Positions 16,685 through 30,584 of a stretch of DNA of 30,584 bases are shown here, piece after piece. The first letter of the stretch is position 1; every line of letters begins with the position of its first letter. The stretch covers positions 1-30,584 of the forward strand of contig CABUHM010000001.1 of the NCBI GenBank assembly GCA_902491355.1, in the 5' to 3' direction. The translations under genes and the position numbers were made by a program. The notes beneath the pieces are model-generated. The model saw nothing but the letters and a program-made list of their open reading frames with translations. It was not told where the DNA came from and ran no database searches. Origin of the DNA: an uncultured Eubacteriales bacterium (GTDB lineage: Bacteria > Bacillota > Clostridia > Oscillospirales > CAG-272).

Positions 16685-18850
16685 ATGATTCAGAAGTCAA
16701 AAACAGGCGTGTATCTGCTTCACGGCGACACCGTGGCACAGACCCACGAGATCGCACCCGAGATCGCCCGCCGCGAGACCATGGCATATCGCATTCTGCA
16801 AGCCCATAATACGTCGGGCGACCCCAAGCACTTAATGATCCGCTTTGATGCCATGGCGTCCCACGACATCACCTACGTGGGCATCATTCAGACGGCGCGC
16901 GCCAGCGGTCTGCGGGAATTCCCCATTCCGTATGTGCTCACGAACTGCCACAACAGTCTGTGCGCCGTGGGCGGCACCATCAATGAGGACGACCACCTGT
17001 TCGGACTTTCCGCCGCACAGAAATACGGCGGCATTTATGTGCCCGCACACCAAGCGGTCATCCACGCCTACATGCGCGAGGCAATGGCGGGATGCGGCAA
17101 AATGATCCTCGGCTCGGACTCCCATACCCGCTACGGTGCGCTCGGCACCATGGCGATCGGCGAGGGCGGTCCCGAGCTGGTCAAGCAGTTGCTCGGCAGA
17201 ACCTATGATGTGGACATGCCCGAGGTGGTGGCGATCCGTCTGCACGGTGCCGTCCGTCCCGGTGTGGGACCGCAGGACGTTGCGCTTGCCATCATCGGCG
17301 CCGTATTCAAGGACGGCTATGTGAAGAACCGCGTGATGGAATTTGTGGGAGACGGCATCGCTTCCCTTCCCGCCGAATTCCGCAACGGCATTGACGTGAT
17401 GACCACGGAAACCGCATGCCTGTCCTCGGTGTGGGCGACCGACCGTGTGACCGAGCAGTATCTGCAGACCCACCATCGCGGAGACGCATATGCTCCCATG
17501 ACGCCCGGCGACGTGGCATATTACGACGGTCTGGTGGACGTGGATCTGTCTGCCGTCGAGCCGATGATCGCGCTCCCGTTCCATCCCAGCAACACGTACA
17601 CCGTGCGTGAGCTGTGCGAAAACCCGCACGACATCCTCGATCCTCTGGGTCTGGGCGACCATGTGACCGCCGACGGCAGAATCCGTGTGGATCAGGGCGT
17701 GATCGCAGGCTGTGCGGGCGGTACCTTTGACAACCTCTGCGCCGCCGCGGATATCCTGCGCGGACAGTCCGTGGGCAACGGCGCTTTCGCGCTTTCCGCA
17801 TACCCCGCAAGCCAGCCCACCTTCCTTGCACTCATGAAAAACGGCTGTGCCGCAGACCTCATGTCTGCCGGCGTCACGCTCCGCTCCGCCTTCTGCGGCC
17901 CCTGCTTCGGTGCGGGCGACGTTCCCGCGAACGGTTGCTTCAGCATCCGTCATTCCACGCGGAATTTTCCCAACCGCGAAGGCTCCAAGCCCGGCGAGGG
18001 ACAGTCTGCCTCGGTGGCACTCATGGACGCACGCTCCATTGCCGCAACGGCGCGCAACGGCGGGTATCTGATCGGTGCGGACACCCTCGGCATGGACTGC
18101 AAGCCCTATCCGTATTCCTTTGACGAAACCGTATATCACAACCGTGTATATCAGGGCTTCGGCAATCCGCGACCCGATGTGCCGCTCCGCTTCGGCCCCA
18201 ACATCACCGACTGGCCCGAGATGCAACCCCTTGCCGACAATCTCCTGCTCCGCATGGCATCGGTCATCACCGACCCCGTGACCACCACCGACGAGCTGAT
18301 CCCCTCGGGCGAGACCTCGTCCTACCGTTCCAACCCGCTCCGTTTGGCGCAGTTCGCCCTCTCCCGCAAGGATCCGCAGTACGTGACCCGCGCCAAGGAA
18401 GCGCTGGGGGCGCCGTCCGAGGAGATCCGTGCGGAAATGAAACGGCTCTCCGGCTCGGATGCGGCAGGCATCGGCTCGGTGATTTTTGCCGTGAAGCCCG
18501 GCGACGGCTCGGCGCGCGAGCAGGCGGCGTCCTGCCAGCGTGTGCTCGGCGGCTTGGCGAACATTGCCGTGGAGTACGCCACCAAGCGCTACCGCTCCAA
18601 TCTGATCAACTGGGGCATGCTTCCCCTGCTTTTAGACTGCGACCCGACAGATCTGCCCTTCGGTGTGGACGATTACATCTATCTGCCCGACATCCGCCGG
18701 GCTATTGAGACTGCCGCACCCACGCTTTCGGGCTACGTCCTGCGCGCAGGACAGTCTCCCAAGCCCCTCACCTTCCGTCTCGGTGATCTGACGGCGGACG
18801 AGCGCCGCATCATTTTAGACGGCTGTCTCATCAATTTCTATCGGCATTGA
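16685..18850 (+). CDS. Aconitase-family [4Fe-4S] hydratase (YbhJ-like)
   Basis: [34 protein letters not shown], cluster ligands AGCAGG and [32 protein letters not shown] precedes ATG 16685. Confidence 0.88.
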   Translation: MIQKSKTGVYLLHGDTVAQTHEIAPEIARRETMAYRILQAHNTSGDPKHLMIRFDAMASHDITYVGIIQTARASGLREFPIPYVLTNCHNSLCAVGGTINEDDHLFGLSAAQKYGGIYVPAHQAVIHAYMREAMAGCGKMILGSDSHTRYGALGTMAIGEGGPELVKQLLGRTYDVDMPEVVAIRLHGAVRPGVGPQDVALAIIGAVFKDGYVKNRVMEFVGDGIASLPAEFRNGIDVMTTETACLSSVWATDRVTEQYLQTHHRGDAYAPMTPGDVAYYDGLVDVDLSAVEPMIALPFHPSNTYTVRELCENPHDILDPLGLGDHVTADGRIRVDQGVIAGCAGGTFDNLCAAADILRGQSVGNGAFALSAYPASQPTFLALMKNGCAADLMSAGVTLRSAFCGPCFGAGDVPANGCFSIRHSTRNFPNREGSKPGEGQSASVALMDARSIAATARNGGYLIGADTLGMDCKPYPYSFDETVYHNRVYQGFGNPRPDVPLRFGPNITDWPEMQPLADNLLLRMASVITDPVTTTDELIPSGETSSYRSNPLRLAQFALSRKDPQYVTRAKEALGAPSEEIRAEMKRLSGSDAAGIGSVIFAVKPGDGSAREQAASCQRVLGGLANIAVEYATKRYRSNLINWGMLPLLLDCDPTDLPFGVDDYIYLPDIRRAIETAAPTLSGYVLRAGQSPKPLTFRLGDLTADERRIILDGCLINFYRH

Positions 18851-18875
18851 CCGACGGCACAACGGAGGTTTTCCC

Positions 18876-19556
18876 ATGCCAGAAACCATTTACACCATTC
18901 CCGTCAACGAGGCGTTCGACGCCGCCTGCGGCTGTCCCATCTGCGCTCTGCACACAAAGCTCGAGGACAATGAGCTGAATCTGATCCTAGGCGCTTCCAT
19001 GATGGAGCCGGACATCCGTCAGCAAACCAACCGCCGCGGCTTCTGCCGCCGTCATTACGACAGCATGCTTGTGCGCAAAAACCGTCTGGGGCTGGCGCTG
19101 ATGTTGGAGAGCCATCTCGACGAGCTGCATGACGACATGCAAGGCTCGGCGCTCACCCGTCTCCTGCGCCGCGACGTTTCGGCAAAGCGCGTGAACGAGC
19201 TGGAGGGATCCTGCTACGTGTGTACCCGCATCAACGACGCGCTCGGCAAAATGATGGACAACGCCGTGTATCTGTGGGAGATCGATCCGGATTTCCGTGC
19301 CAAGCTCAAAAAACAGCCGCAGTTCTGTCTGCCGCACTACGCGGAATTGCTGGAGCGCGGAAAGCGCACCCTGTCAAAACAGCTCTACCCCACCTTTGCC
19401 GCCGATCTGCGCGCGGTGGTGGAGACCTATTTCGATTCCCTGCGTGAGGACGTGAAGCATTTCATCCGAAAGTTCGACTACCGCTACGAGGACGAGCCGT
19501 GGGGCAATGCCCGCGATTCCGTGGAGCGTGCCGTCCGCTTCCTCACGTCGGACTGA
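18876..19556 (+). CDS. Conserved hypothetical protein, DUF6062-like, with repeated Cys/His motifs
   Basis: RBS GGAGG. IYTIPVNEAF..CPIC, GFCRRH, CYVC, FCLPH. The family name is from recall. Confidence 0.7.
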   Translation: MPETIYTIPVNEAFDAACGCPICALHTKLEDNELNLILGASMMEPDIRQQTNRRGFCRRHYDSMLVRKNRLGLALMLESHLDELHDDMQGSALTRLLRRDVSAKRVNELEGSCYVCTRINDALGKMMDNAVYLWEIDPDFRAKLKKQPQFCLPHYAELLERGKRTLSKQLYPTFAADLRAVVETYFDSLREDVKHFIRKFDYRYEDEPWGNARDSVERAVRFLTSD

Positions 19557-19641
19557 ACGTCAGGCTGACAACGCGGTACCGACCGTCTCCCGAACAAACC
19601 CGATTTTACCTCCGTTTGCCCCCCGAAGTCGCAAAAAGTGC

Positions 19642-19670
19642 TTGACATCGGGGGGCAAATTTGCTATACT
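19642..19670 (+). promoter_or_regulatory. SigA promoter of alaS
   Basis: TTGACA 19642-19647, 17 bp spacer, TATACT 19665-19670, with an extended -10 TG. Confidence 0.88.
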
Positions 19671-19766
19671 GTAACAGAATATCGGCATGATACATTTGAT
19701 GTGAAAAATGCCTCCGCCGCGTTTGTCAAAACAACGGCAGAGGGGAAAGAAGCGGTATAAGTTATT

Positions 19767-22397
<2,631 letters not shown>

Positions 22398-22447
22398 GCG
22401 CAGGGACGGCATCGCGGACAGACAATCCGTCAATCATATAAAAACAC

Positions 22448-22494
22448 AAACCCCGTATGCGTGGTTCGACGAAGAACCGTGCATACGGGGTTTT
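22448..22494. terminator. Probable bidirectional intrinsic terminator between convergent alaS and brnQ
   Basis: AAACCCCGTATGC-GTGGTTC / GAACCGT-GCATACGGGGTTT long stem, with A-rich left flank and T-rich right flank. Confidence 0.8.
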
Positions 22495-22547
22495 CGGTGC
22501 GGATGAACATTAGGCTCCCGACTTTTTCGGCAGGAGACAAAACACAA

Positions 22548-22690
22548 GCCCCGTGTCGAACACCGTCAGCCCTTGGCTGACGGTGCAGGGGGAAGCTCGG
22601 CGGCGGTCATTTTGCAGGACCGTCGGTTTGTACCAAACGCCGACGAGCTTCCGTCAGGCGCGGCAAGCCGCGCCTGTCCCGACGCGGGGC
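22548..22690. repeat. Palindromic four-way-junction element, copy A
   Basis: Outer stem 22548-22558/22680-22690; hairpin CACCGTCAGCC-ctt-GGCTGACGGTG 22561-22585; long arm 22591-22652; hairpin CAGGCGCGGC-aa-GCCGCGCCTG 22655-22676. Confidence 0.7.
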
Positions 22691-22730
22691 GCGAAGTCTG
22701 TGCAGATAACGGAGAAAAAGGTGCGACCGC

Positions 22731-24095
22731 TTATGCCCGACTCCGGCTCGAACGTCTTGCAAAATGGACGGTCAAGCCGATGATCAGACCGAGCGTGGCG
22801 GGCGCGATCCAGCCCAGACCGAGGGTCGAGAAGGGCAGGAAATCGCCGATAACATCCAGTATTCCGGTGAGGTGCAAAGTATTTTGCACGGTCTTGGGAA
22901 GGGCGGAGAGCAGATCGAAAAGTGCCGCAGGCAGGGTAAGCGCCGTAACGCTGACATAAACGGCACGGTCATGACCGAAGAGACCTCCGAACAGAGCAAG
23001 GAGCACAAGGGTAATCGCCAGAGGATAGAGGAACATGAGAACGGGCACCGAATATTCGATGATCGTGCTCAGTCCGAGGTTGGCGAACAGGAAGGAAACC
23101 ACGCTGAAAATGACCGCCCAGACGCGATACGAGGGTCCCTTCGGGAAGATGGACTCAAAGGTCTCCGAACAACTTGTGATCAGACCGACTGCGGTTTTCA
23201 GGCACGCGAGGGTCACGATGATCGCCATGATCCACAGTCCCGCGCCGCCGAAGTAATGCTGTGCGATGAGGGAAAGCGCCTCGCCGCCGTTCTCACAGGG
23301 CTGTGCAAGGAAGCCGCGGCTCTGCGTACCCACAATGGTGACGGCAAGATAAATGAGCGCCATGAGCAGACAACTGAAGATACCCGAGCGCACGGTGTTG
23401 CCCGCCACCGCCTTGGAATCGCTGACACCCAGACCGCGAATAACGCGCACCACCACAATGCCGAAGGCAAGGGCGGCCAAAGCATCCATGGTGTTATAGC
23501 CCTCCAAAAAGCCGGTGAAAAAAGCGGTCTTTGCATATTTTCCGACAGGTGCAACCTCGGAAATACCTGCCGCAGGGTGGGTCAGCGCGGTGATCACCAG
23601 CACGCCGAGGAACACAAGGAAGCAGGGGTTCAGAATCTTTCCGATCCAGGTCATGATCTTGCCGGGATACAGAGAGAACAGGAGCGCCGCAACGAAAAAC
23701 ACAAAGGTAAAGACAAGCAGATACACCCACACATGGTCATTTTCCGGAAGCATCTGCTCCAGACCCACGGTAAAGGAGGTCGTGGCACAGCGGGGGATGG
23801 CGAAGAACGGTCCGATAGTGAGGTACAGCAGACAGGTAAAAAACATGGCATAGGGACGGGAGACCTTACTGCTCAGGTCATACAGTCCCTCACTGCGGCT
23901 GATGCCCAGTGCGGCGACGCCGAGCAGAGGAAGTCCCACGCCCGTGATGAGAAATCCGACGGACGCCGTCCAGACATGATTGCCCGCCATTTGTCCCATA
24001 AAGACCGGAAAGATCAGGTTTCCGGCACCGAAAAACATGCCGAAGAGCATACTTGCGATGTAGACGTACTCGCGGCATGACAGTTTCTTCTTCAT
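22731..24095 (-). CDS. brnQ: Branched-chain amino acid transport system II carrier protein
   Basis: LFGMFFGAGNLIFP, GFLITGVGLPLLG, IGPFFAIPR, GFLEGYNTMDALAALAFG, LACLKTAVGL, PVLMFLYP. ATG 24095 follows GGGAG. Confidence 0.96.
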   Translation of the reverse strand: MKKKLSCREYVYIASMLFGMFFGAGNLIFPVFMGQMAGNHVWTASVGFLITGVGLPLLGVAALGISRSEGLYDLSSKVSRPYAMFFTCLLYLTIGPFFAIPRCATTSFTVGLEQMLPENDHVWVYLLVFTFVFFVAALLFSLYPGKIMTWIGKILNPCFLVFLGVLVITALTHPAAGISEVAPVGKYAKTAFFTGFLEGYNTMDALAALAFGIVVVRVIRGLGVSDSKAVAGNTVRSGIFSCLLMALIYLAVTIVGTQSRGFLAQPCENGGEALSLIAQHYFGGAGLWIMAIIVTLACLKTAVGLITSCSETFESIFPKGPSYRVWAVIFSVVSFLFANLGLSTIIEYSVPVLMFLYPLAITLVLLALFGGLFGHDRAVYVSVTALTLPAALFDLLSALPKTVQNTLHLTGILDVIGDFLPFSTLGLGWIAPATLGLIIGLTVHFARRSSRSRA

Positions 24096-24128
24096 ATGTA
24101 ATATCTCCCAAAAAAACAATGATAAAAT

Positions 24129-24157
24129 ATTATATCACGTTTTCGGATAAATTGCAA
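24129..24157 (-). promoter_or_regulatory. SigA promoter of brnQ
   Basis: On the minus strand: TTGCAA (24157-24152), 17 bp spacer, TATAAT (24134-24129), with an extended -10 TG. Confidence 0.82.
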
Positions 24158-24228
24158 TATAAAAATAACGTGATTATAAACAAAACTTGTCTTTCGGCAG
24201 AAAAATGCTTTCCTTGGTCTGTGCCGTC

Positions 24229-24383
24229 ATGCTCTTTCGCGACGCCCGAGAGCATGCGCGGCACCGCCGCGCATAACGGGGTCGGCACCGATCCCGTTTC
24301 TGCGGCTTTTCGGAGAACATCGAAGGTGCCGATCCGTCCGTCAGCCGCATGGCTGACGGCTCTCGGGCGCCGCGAAAGGGCAT
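24229..24383. repeat. Palindromic four-way-junction element, copy B (inverted relative to copy A)
   Basis: 25-bp outer stem 24229-24253/24359-24383 (two non-Watson-Crick positions); hairpin ATGCGCGGC-acc-GCCGCGCAT 24254-24274; long arm 24276-24337; hairpin CCGTCAGCC-gcat-GGCTGACGG 24338-24359. Confidence 0.75.
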
Positions 24384-24407
24384 ACCTGATACAGTCAGAC
24401 GAACGGC

Positions 24408-24440
24408 AAAAAAAGACGGGACTGCCGCACAGGCAGTCCC
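24408..24440 (-). terminator. Intrinsic terminator of the xylose/beta-galactosidase cluster
   Basis: GGGACTGCC/GGCAGTCCC 9-bp stem followed on the minus strand by GTC and seven T. Confidence 0.82.
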
Positions 24441-24471
24441 AAGACCCGAAATCGTTCGGATATTGCAAATA

Positions 24472-28928
<4,457 letters not shown>

Positions 28929-28956
28929 GTCGGTTTCCTCCCGCTTCTATTTCGGC

Positions 28957-30273
28957 TCAGTTGCGGAACAGGATGGAGTTGACGATATTTTCCAAATATT
29001 CCTGTCTGCCGCTGTTGTGATCCTCCACGGTGTTCAGGGAAAGCGCATAGTCTGCCAGACTGTTCAGGTCGGCGCGGCCTGCCACCACGTCTGCACCGAT
29101 GCCCGTGCGGAAGGAAGCGTATCTGTCGCTTACGAAACGGTCGATTCTGCCGTCGCGGATGATGGCATCTGCCTTGCGCAGACCCAGAGCAAAGGCATCC
29201 ATGCCCGCAATGTAGGCATAGAACAGATCGTCATGGTTCATGGACGCACGGCGCGTCTTGGCATCAAAATTCAGACCGCCGTTGGTAAAGCCGCCGGCGC
29301 GCAGAACCTCGAGCATGCACATGGTGCTGTCGTAGATGTTGGTGGGGAACTGGTCGGTGTCCCAGCCAAGCAGAAGGTCGCCCTGGTTTGCATCAATGGA
29401 GCCGAATGCGCCGTTGACACGGGCAACGCACAGCTCATGCTGGAAGGTGTGCATGGCGAGGGTCGCATGGTTGGCTTCAATGTTCATCTTGAAATCTTTA
29501 TCCAGACCGTATTTGCGCAGGAAGGCAAGCACGGTGGATACGTCGAAATCGTACTGGTGCTTGGTCGGCTCTTTGGGCTTCGGCTCGATGTAGAAATCAC
29601 CGGTGAAGCCCTTGGCACGTGCATAGTCCACAGCCATGTGCATCAGACGCGCCATGTTGTCCTGCTCCAGACCCATGTCGGTGTTCAGGAGGGTCTCATA
29701 GCCTTCCCGTCCGCCCCAGAACACGTAACCGGTACCGCCCAGCTCGATGGTGATGTCCAGTGCCTTGCGAAGCTGTGCGGCGGCAAAGGCGTACACGTCT
29801 GCGTTGCAGGTCGTGCCTGCGCCGTGGACATAGCGGGGATGGTTGAACAGGTTTGCCGTACCCCACAGGAGCTTGATGCCGTATTTCTGCATCTGCTCCT
29901 TGATGAGCGGCACGATGGCGTCCAGGTTGGCTTGGAATTCGCGCAGGCTGGCACCCTCGGGCGCAATGTCCTTGTCGTGGAAGCAGAAGTATTCGATGCC
30001 CAGCTTGTGCATGAACTCAAAGCCTGCCAGAACGCGGTTGCGCGCGATCTCCATGGGATCACTGCCGCCGAAGGCCTTGTCCTCGGTGCCTGCGCCGAAC
30101 ATGTCGGTGCCCTCGGCGCACAGGGTGTGCCAGTAGGACATGGCAAATTTCAGGTGATCCTTCATGGGACGTCCTGCGACGACCTCATCGGGGTTGTAGT
30201 AGCGGAACGCCAGATCGTTGGCGGTGTCCGGACCTTCATATTTGATTTTCTGAATTTCGGGAAAGAATTCCAT
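28957..30273 (-). CDS. xylA: Xylose isomerase (class II)
   Basis: [48 protein letters not shown] 30273 follows AAAGGAG. Confidence 0.97.
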   Translation of the reverse strand: MEFFPEIQKIKYEGPDTANDLAFRYYNPDEVVAGRPMKDHLKFAMSYWHTLCAEGTDMFGAGTEDKAFGGSDPMEIARNRVLAGFEFMHKLGIEYFCFHDKDIAPEGASLREFQANLDAIVPLIKEQMQKYGIKLLWGTANLFNHPRYVHGAGTTCNADVYAFAAAQLRKALDITIELGGTGYVFWGGREGYETLLNTDMGLEQDNMARLMHMAVDYARAKGFTGDFYIEPKPKEPTKHQYDFDVSTVLAFLRKYGLDKDFKMNIEANHATLAMHTFQHELCVARVNGAFGSIDANQGDLLLGWDTDQFPTNIYDSTMCMLEVLRAGGFTNGGLNFDAKTRRASMNHDDLFYAYIAGMDAFALGLRKADAIIRDGRIDRFVSDRYASFRTGIGADVVAGRADLNSLADYALSLNTVEDHNSGRQEYLENIVNSILFRN

Positions 30274-30340
30274 GTTTCGTTCTCCTTTGATTTCTATATG
30301 TTTCTTTCTGTGCAATGCTTCTTACTTTTCGCCGATGCCG

Positions 30341-30584
30341 TTATCCCAGCATGCTCAGAATGGATGTCGTGACCTGACGCGCGCACGCTTCCTTGCCCGC
30401 CTCGCTGAGATGGGTGAGATCGTCGCAGATGTAGCGCGGAACGTCCTGTGCGACCAGTGCATGCAGATCGTTGATCGCCAGTCCGCAGTCGCGCATGGCG
30501 GGAACCGCCAGAGCATTGAAATGGTCGATGGTTTGATTGGATTGCTCGGGATTTGCGGGATTCACGGGGGTGGTGGTTGCAAAA
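30341..30584 (-). CDS. SGNH/GDSL hydrolase family protein, C-terminal part only (begins beyond the window end)
   Basis: The frame is open to the window edge: FATTTPVN...IDHFNALA...INDLH...DDLTHLSEAG, with a block V DxxH motif. Confidence 0.75.
   Translation of the reverse strand, partial: FATTTPVNPANPEQSNQTIDHFNALAVPAMRDCGLAINDLHALVAQDVPRYICDDLTHLSEAGKEACARQVTTSILSMLG

Noticed and set aside
24138..24152. CodY box in the brnQ promoter
   Set aside because: Five mismatches to AATTTTCWGAAAATT; too weak to call despite the plausible context.

Overview
Core-genome segment of a GC-rich, spore-forming Bacillota (Clostridia-like) chromosome. In order: a partial metal ABC substrate-binding lipoprotein gene (minus strand, Fur-family box over its promoter); a three-gene spore-cortex lysis locus in which the SleC prodomain appears to be a separate gene; the ctsR-mcsA-mcsB-clpC operon with clear CtsR operators; pgsA, a PrsA-like foldase, galU, dCMP deaminase, a YwlE-type phosphatase, rimI and tsaD; a dense DnaA-box cluster in front of a degenerate rex paralogue, a DnaD-domain gene and a DnaC/DnaI-type loader gene; a YbhJ-type hydratase, a DUF6062-like gene and alaS; brnQ, bracketed by two inverted ~145-155 bp four-way-junction palindromic elements; and a minus-strand SGNH hydrolase-xylA-xylB-GH2 beta-galactosidase cluster. 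No rRNA, tRNA, CRISPR array, transposase or integrase was seen. The best candidates for something undescribed are the DnaA-box/Rex-like/helicase-loader module, the paired cruciform elements around brnQ, and the split SleC. Family assignments come from recalled motifs, not database searches.
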